A DNA stretch of 64,000 nucleotides from the human T2T-CHM13v2.0 reference genome, Homo sapiens, in NCBI RefSeq assembly GCF_009914755.1, contig NC_060933.1, one strand, 5' to 3'. Position numbers and translations under genes: made by a program. The notes below the pieces were generated by a model. It had not been told where the DNA came from and searched no databases. It saw only the letters and a program-made list of their open reading frames with translations. Of the stretch, positions 1 to 18,130 are shown in pieces (position 1 is the first letter of the stretch; each line of letters starts with the position of its first letter).

Positions 1-655
1 ACAAATGCCTCCATTATCCACATCTAATCTATTTCCATTCCCTTGTCACTGTTTGCAACCTTTCACTTTTGAGGCAGTGCCTGACTTGTGTCACCTGATA
101 CCTGAGGGGTGTACACTTTACAGAGCAGCCTGTTTTTTATGGTATCAGTCCCAGAGTAAAACTGTTCTCACACTCCAACTGACTCTATTGTCCACAATCA
201 AGCTGACTTAGGTTGGCTTATTTGGGCAAGAATGCACATCTGGTTGTTTTGTTTTTTGTTGCTGTTGTCTTTGTTTTTTTTCTTAAATTTAAAATGCCTT
301 TTATTATGCTCTGCAAAATGTAAATGTCACACACTTGGTAATATTCCTGTTACATAATCAGTGTATCCTTTTATCAATAGAAAAAATACCCTTAGAAAGG
401 CTATCAATTTAATATGGTTTCTTTTTTTTATTTTAATTCATTTTATTATTATTATACTTTAAGTTTTAGGGTACATGTGCACAATGTGCAGGTTAGTTAC
501 ATATGTAGACATGTGCCATGCTGGTGTGCTGCACCCATTAACTCGTCACTTAGCATTAGGTATATCTCCTAATGCTATCCCTCCCCCCTCCCCCGACCCC
601 ACAACAGTCCCCAGAGTGTGATGTTCCCCTTCCTGTGTCCATGTGTTCTCATTGT

Positions 656-4492
<3,837 letters not shown>

Positions 4493-4555
4493 TATGATTT
4501 TAGCTGGTTATTTTGCTCATTAGTTGATGCAGTTTCTTCCTAGTCTTGATGATCT

Positions 4556-5579
4556 TCACAATTTGGCATGATTTTGCAGTGGCTGGTACCGGTTGTTCCT
4601 TTCCATATTTAGTGCTTCCTTCAGGAGCTCTTTTAGGGCAGGCCTGGTGGTGACAAAATCTCTCAGCATTTGCTTGTCTGTAAAGTGTTTTATTTCTCCT
4701 TCACTTATGATGCTTAGTTTGGCTGGATATGAAATTCTGGGTTGAAAATTCTTTTCTTTAAGAATCTTGAATATTGGCCCCCACTCTCTTCTGGCTTGTA
4801 GAGTTTCTGCCGAGAGATCCGCTGTTAGTCTGATGGGCTTCCCTTTGTGGATAACCCGACCTTTCTCTCTGGCTGCCCTTAACATTTTTTCCTTCATGTC
4901 AACTTTGGTGAATCTGACAATTACGTGTCTTGGAGTTGCTCTTCTCGAGGAGTATCTTTGTGGTGTTCTCTTTATTTCCTGAATCTGAATGTTGGCCTGC
5001 CTTGCTAGATTGGGGAAGTTTTCCTGGATAATATCTTGCAGAGTGTTTTCCAACTTGGTTCCATTCTCCCCATCACTCATCACTTTCAGGTACACCAATC
5101 AGACGTAGATTTGGTCTTTTCACATAGTCCCATATTTCTTGGAGGCTTTGTTCATTTCCTTTTATTCTTTTTTCTCTAAACTTCCCTTCTCACTTCATTT
5201 CATTCATTTCATCCTCCATCACTGATACCCTTTCTTCCAGTTGATCGCATCGGCTCCTGAGGCTTCTGCATTCTTCACGTAGTTCTCGAGCCTTGGCTTT
5301 CAGCTCCATCAGTGCCTTTAAGCACTTCTCTGTATTGGTTATTCTAGTTACACATTCGTCTAAATTTTTTTTAAAGTTTTTAACTTCTTTGCCTTTGGTT
5401 TGAATTTCCTCCTGTAGCTCTAAGTAGTTTGATCGTCTGAAGCCTTCTTCTCTCAACTCGTCAAAGTCATTCTCCATCCAGCTTTGTTCCGTTGCTGGTG
5501 AGGAACTGCATTCCTTTGGAGGAGGAGAGGCGCTCTGCTTTTTAGAGTTTCCAGTTTTTCTGCTCTGTTTTTTCCCCAT
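4556..5579 (-). pseudogene. L1 ORF1p remnant
   Basis: The ORF track reads MGKKQSRKTGNSK... and stops prematurely at 5190 (TGA where L1 has Arg). A 7-nt duplication (AGTGATG) near 5071-5085 shifts the frame. The C-terminal part ...ERNNRYQPLQNHAKL ends at 4556. Confidence 0.95.
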
Positions 5580-6162
5580 CTTTGTGGTTTTATCTACTTT
5601 TGGTCTTTGATGATGGTGATTTACAGATGGGTTTTTGGTGTGGATGTCCTTTCTGTTTGTTAGTTTTCCTTCTAACAGACAGGACCCTCAGCTGCAGGTC
5701 TGCTGGAGTTTGCTAGAGGTCCACTCTAGACCCTGTTTGCCTGGGTATCCACAGCAGTGGCTGCAGAACAGCGGATTTTCGTGAACCGCAAATGCTGCTG
5801 TCTGATCGTTCCTCTGGAAGTTTTGTCTCAGAGGAGTACCCGGCCGTGTGAGGTGTCAGTCTGCCCCTACTGGGGGGTGCCTCCCAGTTAGGCTGCTCGG
5901 GGGTCAGGGGTCAGGGACCCACTTGAGGAGGCAGTCTGCCCATTCTCAGATCTCCAGCTGCGTGCTGGGAGAACCACTGCTCTCTTCAAAGCTGTCAGAC
6001 AGGGACATTTAAGTCTGCAGAGGTTACTGCTGTCTTTTTGTTTTTCTGTGCCCTGCCCCCAGAGGTGGAGCCTACAGAGGCAGGCAGGTCTCCTTGAGCT
6101 GTGGTGGGCTCCACGCAGTTCGAGCTTCCTGGCTGCTTTGTTTACCTAAGCAAGCCTGGGCA

Positions 6163-6237
6163 ATGGCGGGCGCCCCTCCCCCAGCCTCGCTGCCGCCTTG
6201 CAGTTTGATCTTAGACTGCTGTGCTAGCAATCAGTGA
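6163..6237 (+). pseudogene. L1 ORF0 (antisense 5'UTR ORF), truncated
   Basis: ATG at 6163 reads MAGAPPPASLPPCSLILDCCASNQ, then TGA at 6235-6237. The frame resumes with ORF0-like GVGPSEPGAGYNL. Confidence 0.85.
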
Positions 6238-7230
6238 GACTCCGTGGGCGTAGGACCCTCTGAGCCAGGTGCAGGATATAATCTCCTGGTGCGCCATGTT
6301 TTAAGCCCGTCGGAAAAGCACAGTATGAGGGTGGGAGTGACCCAATCTTCCAGGTGCCGTCTGTCACCCCTTTCTTTGACTAGGAAAGGGAACTCCCTGA
6401 TCCCTTGCGCTTCCCAAGTGAGGCAATGCCTCACCCTGCTTCGGCTCAAGCACAGTGCGCTGCACCCACTGTCCTGCGCCCACTGTCTGGCACTCCCTAG
6501 TGAGATGAACCCGGTACCTCAGATGGAAATACAGAAATCACCCGTCTTCTGCATCGCTCACGCTAGGAGCTATAGACTGGAGCTGTTCCTATTCAGCCAT
6601 CTTGGCTGCCTCCCCTTTAATATGGTTGTTGAACTTTGACAAGATACAATATTTTTTCCATTCACATTTGGCATCTAACGCAACAGCACATTCAGGGAGA
6701 GGAGAGGCAAGAAGATAGGTAGATGTCTCCCAAAACTGGGAGGTAAGGGGGAATCTTTGCTTTCTGAGATTTAAACTAATTAACACATGGAGGCTGCAAG
6801 GACTCCACACTCCTGCAGTCCTCTTATCTCACTCTATCCCACTTTGTCTCCTTACCTGGTTCTTTCTAGACTCCCTGACTCTTTAATGCTGGGACCCTAG
6901 AGTCCAGTTGTAGGACCTGTTTTGTATCTACACTCATTCCTTAGTGATCTCATTCCTTGGCCTTAAATACCACCTATGTGCTAATGGACCTCAAACTTAC
7001 ACCTCTAGCCTGGACCCTCTTGCTTAACTCTAGATTTGCACATGCAACTGTCTGCTTATCATCTCTGGGTGGTGTATAAAAGACATCTCACACTTTATGA
7101 AGCCAAAATTGAGCTCTCAATCTTCCCTCCCTCAGTCTTCCTTACCTTAATTAACAGCAACTCCAACTTTTCAGTTGTTCCTTTCTTCATCACACATTCT
7201 AAATCTAGACAAAAAATCTTGTTGTTTCTT

Positions 7231-7710
7231 TATGGTAGACAGATCTTAGGTGACCCCCCAAATAATTCCAGTCTCCTAGTATCCAAAAGTTCCTTCCCCT
7301 TGAGTGCCAGCAGAATCTGTAACACTTCCAACCAACAGAATTGAACAAAGGTGATGGGTGTCACTCCTATGATTACATTTTGTTATACAGGAGACTCTCT
7401 CGGCAGACTGGAACCAGGGGCTCTCCTGCTGAACATGAAGAAGCAAGCCTCCATGGATTCTACTGTCACAAGGAAATGAATCCTGCCAACACCCTGAATG
7501 AGCTTGGAAGTGGCTTCTTCCTAAGTCAAGCCCCTGGATAAGAATGAAGGCCGTCAACATCTTGACTGCAGCCTGGTGGCAACCTAAAGCAGAGAACCCA
7601 GCTAAGCCATAATCTGACCCCAGACCAAGGGAAATTGTGAGATAAATTTGTATTGTTTTAAGCCACAAAGTTTATAGTGATTTGTTACACAAAAATAAAA
7701 AGTTAATACA
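7231..7710 (+). mobile_element. MaLR solo LTR (MLT1E/F-like)
   Basis: Contains aaggaaatgaatcctgccaacaccctgaatgagcttggaag and the 3' end ttgttttaagcc...ttgttac...taataca. Confidence 0.75.
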
Positions 7711-8360
7711 CTCTTCCTTCAAAACATATCCAGAATCCAGCTACTTCTTACTACCTCCATTGTGATCCCCCGGTCCAAGCCACCACCAAGTCTCTGCTGG
7801 ATGATTGCAATAGCATCCTATTTGATCTCCCTACTTCTACTCCTGCCTTTCCTCTAGGCATTTCTCGGCATCACAGTCAGTATTTTGATTAAATGTTACT
7901 TATACCATGTCACTGCTCTGCTCAAAACTTCCAGTAGTGTCTCATCTTAGAATAAAGGTGAAGCCCTGGTGATGATCTAGAAGACAGTATGTGATCTGTT
8001 TCCCTCTTCTCTCTCTCAGCTCATCTCCTGTTTGTCTTCCCTTTGCTGACCCTGTCCCAGCCACTCTAATATCTTTGCTTTTCCTCAAACAAATCAAGAT
8101 CCATTCCTCCCTCCTCTCTCCCCCACTAAAGCCTCTCACTTCTGTTGTCTCTGACTTGAACGTTCTTCCCCCAGATATCCCTCCCTCCACCTCTCTACTC
8201 TCAAGTTCCCATCAAATGTCACACTTGCAGTGTGGTCACACCTAACAACCCCATTAGAATTATGTCAGTCTCATCTCCTAGCATTCTTTACCACTTTCCT
8301 GCTTAGTTTTTAACCTTAGTGCTTTCTAACCACCTAATATAATGCATTTGATCCTTTATA

Positions 8361-8441
8361 TTAGGTTGTTGCAACAGTAATTGTGGTTTTCACCATTACT
8401 TTCAATGGCAAAAAACCACAATTACTTTTGTACCAACCTAA
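8361..8441. mobile_element. MADE1 (Hsmar1-derived MITE)
   Basis: 81-bp palindrome TTAGGTTG...CAACCTAA flanked by TA at 8359-8360 and 8442-8443. Confidence 0.93.
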
Positions 8442-8657
8442 TATTAGTCACTGCCATGTCCCTCACGAAGATGTTAATTTCTATATTTTTTACTCATGGA
8501 TTTAACCCTAGTGTCTAGAACAATGCCTGATATATCAATAAATATTTGTTAACTAAGTGAATAAATTGGAGAAAACAATGCCTTAAATTCCCTTATACTG
8601 ATTATAGTTTAACCCAGGAATATTATTATATCTAAAAAGAAAAAACAAAAACAAAAA

Positions 8658-8957
8658 GGCCAAGCACGGTGGCTCATACCTGCAATTCCAGTACTTGGGG
8701 AGGCCGAGGCAGGCAGATCACCTGAGGTCAGGAGTTCGAGAACAGCCTGGCCATCACGGTGAAACCCCTGTCTCTACTAAAAATATGAAAATTAGCCAGG
8801 CATCGTGGCAGGCGCCTGTAATCTGAGCTACTTAGGAGGCTGAGGCAGGAGAACGACTTGAACCTGGGAGGCGGAGGTTGCAGTAAGCCAAGATTGCACC
8901 ACTGTACTCCAGCCTGGGTGACAAGAGCAAGATTCCGTCTCAAAAAAAAAAAAAAAA
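8658..8957 (+). mobile_element. AluS
   Basis: Dimeric Alu with A-tail. Confidence 0.95.
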
Positions 8958-9709
8958 GAACTGGCATCATAAGCGGGCACCATTAGCCATGGATCAAGAT
9001 GCCACGTGAATTCCGTTACTGAGAATCTGTCACAAAAAGGCACATCATCCTGGGATATATGGAAAAAGTCCATTTTCTGTGCCCATAACACTGAGGTTGA
9101 GGAGGTTGAGATTCTTGACTCTGGAAAATGCCACACCATGAGACTTCCTGATGATTGGCCAACTAGTCTTTCCCAGGCAGCACCTCCAGTCAAACACCGA
9201 AAGAAGAAGTGAGGTAAAAATCAAAATCCATCACTGTTTGTTTCATTATTGCCACACAACACTGAGAATCTATCCAACAGAGATAAAAGCAACGTCTACA
9301 AGAATACATGAACAAGAATGTTGATTGCAGCAGTGTCCATAGTGGAAACTGCAAGCAAAGTAAATGTCAAGAAGGGGATGGTTAAATAGCGTAGATATAC
9401 TTATACCATGGAATGGAATGTAACTTTTAGAATTTGAATTAGAGATAAATCATTCAATTTGACGGGATTTCTACAAGGTATTGTGGAGTCAGAAAAAATA
9501 AAATGGAGAAAAGCATGCTTCCATTCGGTAAAGCAACTCTAAAGGCTGCATCTATGTATATGCATACATGTAGATGGAGACATGTGTTGTATTAACATGT
9601 AATTAAATGGGCATGGAGAAAAATATGGACAGACAAGCATTAGGTTGTTGGTAGGTACAATATGATAGGGGCAATATAGTATAGATAGACTGAAGAAAGA
9701 TGAGGGGGG

Positions 9710-10048
9710 TGCTATGTCTAGATGTTTGTGTCCCCTCACCAAATTTATATGTTGAAGCCCTGATTTCCAATGTGATGGGATTAGGAGGTAGGGCCTTGTG
9801 GAGGCGTTAGGTTTACATAAGGTCATGAGGGTAGAGTCCTCATGATGGGATTCTTACAAGAGGATGAAAAGATTACAGCACTCTCTCTCCGGCCATGTGA
9901 GGCTTACAACAAGAGGGTTTCCCTCTGCAAACCAGGAAGAGGTGATCTTGGACTTCCCAACCTTCAGAACTGTGAGGAATAAAGTTCTATTCTTTAAGCC
10001 ACCCTGTCTACGGTATTTCTGTTATAGCAGCCTGAGCAGACTCAAACA
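9710..10048 (+). mobile_element. MaLR solo LTR (MLT1A-like)
   Basis: tgctatg...tgtgtcccc start; cagaactgtgaggaataaa...tgttatagcagcctgagcagac end. Confidence 0.8.
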
Positions 10049-10105
10049 GCAATATTTTTTTAAAAAAAGGAAAAGAAGAGCATGCAATTAAAAAATGCAA
10101 CAACA

Positions 10106-10405
<300 letters not shown>

Positions 10406-11444
10406 GTACAAAAATTACATATGAGATTCATGTAAAATTGCATGTGTGTTGACATAAACAGAAACTTTGAAACAAATCTTATTGTGTTTAAAGGCTTTTT
10501 AAATATATGTAGATAACTTGAAAATAAACATTTTTATGAACAAATTTTTTATGGACAAAACATACTAACTCATTAAAGATGCATCTTCTGACAGCCAGCG
10601 CAAAGCAATCCTATCTCAGAGGTAAATATGTCATCATGTAATTATGTTGCTTAACCGAAAATAAATTGAAGAAAGTCACCAATATAATTAGTTCCCTGGT
10701 ACCAGCCCATCAAGGTATACAAAGGGCAGATATATCTTTCTTCTCAGTGTGGCAATCCACCTATTAATTCCAAATGAAACTGAAGAATGCAGCAAAATAC
10801 AAAGGCACCGGTGGGATTTCACCCAACAGTTATCTCCAAATGGTTGGTCAGCAGTGTGTTTCAGGCTCTGCAAGAACAGTCCTTGGCAGAGGCAGGCATA
10901 TGTATGTTGTCCTGGAATTCTCTTCTCCTGCCGCCCACTCAGCCAACAGCTGAAACAAATCTCCTTTGAAACCCCACGGATATCTTGTATTATGCAAAGG
11001 CACATAAAACGAAGACTTTGATTCAGAGTCAATTTCCTGGTCTTTGTACATGTTGTGTATCACTGGTCAGCCTGTCTCTAGACCAGCCACACCCCTTACC
11101 TTTTGTAATTGATCATAGCTCAGTTACTATCCCACACTTTTACAGCCAATCTGGGTATAAATAGGAATAAGTCAATCTCAACAGGAAAAAAAAAGCTATC
11201 TTGGAGGCTTTGCCATATTTTACAAATTTGTGTTTAATGAATTCAAATATGTTTTGGTTTAGCACTGACTTAAGAAAGGCAATGTGGACCAAAATGGAAC
11301 AACTTGATCAAAATCTTCTATTTCATGTAAACAATTTAGAATGCCAAATAAGCTCCTCTCAGATAGATTGTTAAAATAATATAGCAAATGTTTCCTTCGT
11401 TTCACTTATGATAACTTAGTAACTCTCTTCCAATATCTATCTCT

Positions 11445-11935
11445 GACAGGAATGTCTATTTGTCCCACAACATCCAACCTCACCTTCCTCCATAGAAATA
11501 AAAATTTTAACTAGGTATATAGTCACCCAGAACAAAGACTATATTTCACAGTCTCTCTTGTAGCTATCTGCGGCTATGTGATCAGATTCTGGCCAATGGA
11601 ATTGAAGAAGAGCAGTCACATGGTGTCTCTGAGAAACCTCCTTTAAGAGGTAGTTACGGTGTGCCTCTTCTCCCTTTTTCTTTATGCTTCCCTCCATCTT
11701 GTTGCCAAGATGGAAGGTGCTGCCTTGCACATGAAAAAATGAGGCTATGGCATAGGTTGGTGGAGCTGTGAGCTAGAAGGACCCTGGGTCTCTGGGCCAT
11801 TTGCAAAGCAGAACCACCATACCAGTCCATTCATCCAGAATTTTACACAGGAGAGAATGTAAACTTCTTTCCTATTTAACTCACTGTTATTATTTTGTGT
11901 GTGTGTGTGTGACTCATGACTGAACTTAACTATAC
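11445..11935 (+). mobile_element. Old MaLR LTR (MLT1J-like)
   Basis: Contains ctcttgtagct...atgtgatcagattctggccaatggaa and the 3' end ctatttaactcactgttatt. Confidence 0.6.
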
Positions 11936-12222
11936 CTTTAATAATCACTTCTTCTTCAAGTTTTTGTATTAATTTTGTTTAGTCACTAATCAGCTAAAGA
12001 TTTAACTTCCTACCTAACAGCATATGGGACAATAGTTCATTCTCTAATTATATCATAGTAAACCCTTAACTGAGAGATAAGGTCAAAGTCCAAGATCCTA
12101 ATGTTTATCTGCCAGGAAGAGACAAGAGAAGAGAGGAGATATCTATTCTTATGGCTCCCTGCACCACAATGCTGTTGAAAGAATAGACTTGAATTTTGAA
12201 TATCTGGATTCTAATCCCGATT

Positions 12223-12540
12223 ATTATTTTTTTAATTTTCTTCTTATCTTTTTTTTTTTTTTGAGATGGATTCTTGTTCTGTCACCCAGGCTGCAGTGCA
12301 GTAGCACAGCCTTGGCTTACTGCAACCTCCTGGGTTCAAGCAATTCTCCTGCCTCAGCCTCCCTAGCAGCTGGGATTACAGGTGCCCGCCACTACGCCTG
12401 GCTAATTTTTGTATTATTTTTAGTAGAGATGGGGTTTCACCATGTTGGCCAGGCTGGTCTCAAACTCCTGACCTCAAGTGATCTGCCCGCCTCAGCTCCC
12501 AAAGTGCTGGGATTACAGGTGTGAACCACTGCACCTGGCC
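12223..12540 (-). mobile_element. AluS inserted in a MIR
   Basis: Antisense Alu with 18-bp TSD TGGATTCTAATCC(C/T)GATT at 12205-12222 and 12542-12559. Confidence 0.95.
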
Positions 12541-12584
12541 ATGGATTCTAATCCTGATTTTTATGAACATACTTTCCTCTTTCA

Positions 12585-12728
<144 letters not shown>

Positions 12729-13735
12729 TCACCCATCTTGCCTCCAAAGTTCCCCTGTCAGACCAATAATCTATGTGGAAATATTTTCTTAATTACAAAC
12801 CCCCATACAAATGTTAACATTATTATTACAAAATATATCAAAGAGACAAGAAAGTAAAGCTTTCTCAGGAAAAACAGAGTAGAAGGAATTGGGCCTGGAT
12901 GAAGGTGGCAAGGTGGCAAAATTAGGTTCAATAAATGTCAAATAGAGTCTGTTTTATTTACATTCTAATTTTTTCTTTCTCATAGTCTTACAACAGAATA
13001 CATATTAAAAAACTAAATTTTGATATTTCAAAAACAACCTGAAGCAACACAGTTAGGAGGGGGGAAAAGTACAAGAGTAACAATTTCCAAATTCAAAATC
13101 AAACAAAACTCATCCTTCAATCAACTGAGCCTAGACTGAAGGCTGCAGAATTAGAAGCAATAAAGATCAAAAAGGGTATGCTTTGTTTGGTTTTATTTGC
13201 ATTCTAATTTTGCTCTTGTATTTTTCTCTTGGTGTTGGGAAACACCAAGTATGTGGACATTCCATGGAAAATACTGCTCTTATTTTTGGCTTCAAGAAGG
13301 TGGCATGGGAGGGGAAAGAGAAAAGAATTCAGACGAGCAGACCGAGAAAGGGCCAGAAGAAAAACAGAACAACAGCAAAGCAAAGCAAAATTCTGAAGCA
13401 AACAAGATTTCACAGTGATGATGGGTCTTTTAACACCTCAAAATGAGACGGTAATAACTGTCTTGTCTCTGACACAAAATTACTATGTCCAGTGACAGCC
13501 AACTTCTACATGAAAAACAACACTCTAATGGGAAGCCTAGCACATCTTGAGAATTTTATTTTCTTAGTCCCAGCATAGGGCTAAGTCAGAGCCTCAGAAT
13601 CCATCTGTCCACAGCTTGCTCTGATTGCTAGTATGGGCACCCTCAGGGTCGGCAGAATTATTGGGGGCAGCTAGAAGTGGAAGTAGAAAGGGCACCTGGC
13701 CATATTCCCCAAGGGAGCTTGTAAACTGACTTTTA

Positions 13736-14101
<366 letters not shown>

Positions 14102-14700
14102 TTAACATTTCGAAATCCTCCTGACATGACTGCAAATCAGTTCTGCTCTCCCTGACCATTTTCCCACCATTGCCTTTTTTCTTTACATGGTAATCATGTA
14201 TTCTAAGTACAGTATATCTGTATAAGCCAATAAACGCCAATAAAGCTGTGTGAAAATTCTTTCTGAAATGTGAAAAAACACGCTGTTTTGAATTCTTATG
14301 AAAATTCATAAAGATTTCTTCAACCAAACTTTTTGGGAAATTTTTTGAACAGAAGAAAATAATTTAGTAACATAATTGGTGGAGGGGAAATGTGAGCTAG
14401 TATTTATTTCATAATTACACATTCAGCTTAACTATATGAGCATGTATTCTTCATGTTGATATAAACATGATACTCCTGTCACTAATTTGAGATAATCTGT
14501 GCACAACAAGAAAAAAAATGGATCTCAGCTGTACAGCTCTCAATGCAATGGAAATTCTTAACGGTCAATGGTAATGACGTGCCTTGATGAAAATAATATT
14601 TACTATTCTTCCTCTCTGGAATTTTGCAATGGTAGCTACCCAACACAAGGCAAGTGCCTTCCCCCTCCTATGCCCAGCATAGTTATCAAGATATCAATAA

Positions 14701-14979
<279 letters not shown>

Positions 14980-15164
14980 CATCATTGCTTTTTATTTTCT
15001 TTGCTTTTTGCAGAATTCATATGTGGCCCAAAACTCTTCTCATTAGTGATCTAGGTAGTTATCACCATTTGACTAAAGATGACATAAGCAATGGAACATT
15101 TTTGTCTTCCCCAGGCTTGCAGTTATTACCCCTTGACTCACACAATTATTTATTGTTCGTTTTT

Positions 15165-15860
15165 ACTTATTTTTAATTGAAAAATAAAATTGTGTATATT
15201 TATGATGTACAACATGATTTTTGTTTGTTTTAGAGACAGGGGTTTCACCCTGTCGCCCAGGCTAGCATGCAGTGGTGCGATGATAGCTGACTGCAGCCTC
15301 CAATTCCTGGGCTCAAGCAAGCCTCAGCTCCAGCCTCCCAGGTACCTGGGACTACAGGCATGCACCACCACATCTGGCTAATTGTTTTTTAATTTTCATA
15401 GGGATGGGAGTCTCACAATGTTGCCCAGGCTGGTCTTGAACTCCTGGTCTCAAGCTATTCTTCCATCTTAGCCTCCCAAAGTTCTGGGATTACAGGTGTG
15501 AGCCACCAGGTTAATGACTTAATTTAGCTGTTTTGCAATATATACATACACTGTTGTGTCATGATGTTTTGATATACATATACAATGTGAAATAGCTAAA
15601 TCAAATAACTAACATATCTATTACCTTACATATCTTCTTTTTATGAGGAGAACATTTAAAATCTACTCTCTTAGCAATTTTCAACTATACAATACAATGC
15701 TGTTAACTATAGTAGTCATGTTGTACAATACATCTCCTTCCTTTGGACTAACTGAAATTTTGTATCCTTTGATCAGCACCTCCCCAGTCCTCCCTCCTCC
15801 CCAGCCCCTGGTAACCACCTTCTACTCTCTACTTCTATGAGAACAACTTTTTCACAACTT
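15165..15860 (-). mobile_element. L1M 3' end fragment containing an antisense AluJ (about 15220-15508)
   Basis: Antisense L1MA/MB 3'UTR (aaaatctactctcttagcaattttcaa, ccagcccctggtaaccacc) split by a J-type Alu. Confidence 0.8.
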
Positions 15861-15900
15861 TAGGTCTTACAAGTACCCTAAAGTCATTTAAGAAATAAAC

Positions 15901-16263
<363 letters not shown>

Positions 16264-16405
16264 TCAGGATGAACCCACCCAAACGGAAGAGATTTTTGAA
16301 ATCCTCAACAAGATGGTGAAGAAAGCCAATGAAGATTTTCTGACTTCTACTCCACATTATAATCTTTAAAATGCTAGTCAGAAGCTAAACTTAGAAGTTA
16401 TCAAT

Positions 16406-16715
16406 AGAATGTACAGGGGCGGTGGCTCACTCCTTTAATCCCAACATTTTGGGAGGCCAAGGAAGGTGGATGACTTGAGCCCAGGAGGTCAAGACCAGCC
16501 TGGGCAATATGGTGAAACCCCACTCCTACAAAAAAAAATTTTAAATTAGGTTGGTGTGCTGGCACATGCCTGTGGTCCCAGCCACTGGGGAGACTGAGAT
16601 GGGAGGATCACCTGAGCCTGGAGATCGAGGTTGCACAGAGTGACACTGCAGCCTGAGTGACAAAGTGAAGTGAGACAGTGAGACCTTGTTTCAAAAAAAA
16701 AAAAAAAAAAAAAAA
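16406..16715 (+). mobile_element. AluJ
   Basis: J-type ttgagcccaggagg. TSD AGAAG(T/C)TATCAAT at 16393-16405 and 16716-16728. Confidence 0.9.
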
Positions 16716-17636
16716 AGAAGCTATCAATTGACTTTTTATGATGTATTTTTTTAAATCATCAAAATTTTCATACAAATGAATTTCCAAAGTTATTAATATA
16801 AATCAAATTTAAAGTTTTAAGCATAAACTTTTAGGTGAATATAGTTATCCACAGGACAACTGAATTGCATCCAAATCACATGTGCCATAAATTGATTCAT
16901 CAAGGGGCAATGAACTGGAAATCAGAACTGTGTCCTCAGGGAACAACCAGCTGTCTAAACTTAGAGAAAGTGGTTCTCTTCTTTGTGTTTTAATTGAGGA
17001 AATCAAGACTTAGATAGTCTTTATCAAGACTTCAGAGCCATGGCACCTACTGACCTTACAACTCCCTGAGGTTATATAGGCAATAAAAAGTAAACATTCG
17101 AAGTGACTTGCCTGAGGTCCCAGCAGGAGAGCAGAGCTGTGGGAGAAACAAGCCTCGGGCATTCTGGCCAAGTGCCCTTTCCCCTGTATCCTGACAATCT
17201 CATGCCATTTCTTTGGTGGGCCCATACTACAAAGCAGCACTGGGAAGACACAACTGTAAAGCAGATTCTTCTCTTTCAAGAAGCCCATAACCTCTTATCG
17301 AGCTTTAATTGTTCAATTACTGTACAAAGATGGAAAGTCTTCGTGATCTTGCCAAACACAAGATTTTCAGAGTGAATGTTCTCAGACAGGGATAATAAAA
17401 TCATGAGAAAGAGCCTGTGACTTCTAAGATTTTTTTTTCTTTAATAAACAATTTTTAGTCTCCCCTATGTGCAAATTCCTTCCTTTCTACTTTGCTTATT
17501 AATGTGCTTTCACTTACTATACAGAAGCACTGGGCTACATTCTTCCTATGCATCTTTTCGTTTATTTTTCACAACAAACCTAATTAGTTCTATTATTATT
17601 TTAATTTCATACATAAATATACAGTGATTTAAGTGA

Positions 17637-17894
<258 letters not shown>

Positions 17895-17899
17895 AAAAC

Positions 17900-18130
17900 C
17901 AACATTTATACGTGTTTACTATATAGTAGGTTTTCTTCAAGATACTTTACATATATTATATTGTTTAATCCCTACTATGGTTTTAGGAGGTAGATAATGA
18001 TTTTATAGATTTGGAAAATGAGACATAAAGAGGTTAAGTAACTTGCCCAATGTCATCAGCTTGACCTTGTCATCGCAATTAGAGCCTGGTTTTGTCCAAC
18101 TCCAAAACCCTTGCCCTTAACCACTACTGT
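17900..18130. mobile_element. MIR
   Basis: Core ttttatagat...gaaaatgagacataaagaggttaagtaacttgcccaa. Confidence 0.75.

Larger units (their letters stand above)
6830..8565 (-). mobile_element. L2 LINE fossil, interrupted by an MLT1 LTR and a MADE1
   Basis: Pyrimidine-rich degenerate L2 motifs (ccttcaaaacatatccagaatcc; ...aataaatatttgttaactaagtgaataaa). Orientation is uncertain. Confidence 0.6.
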
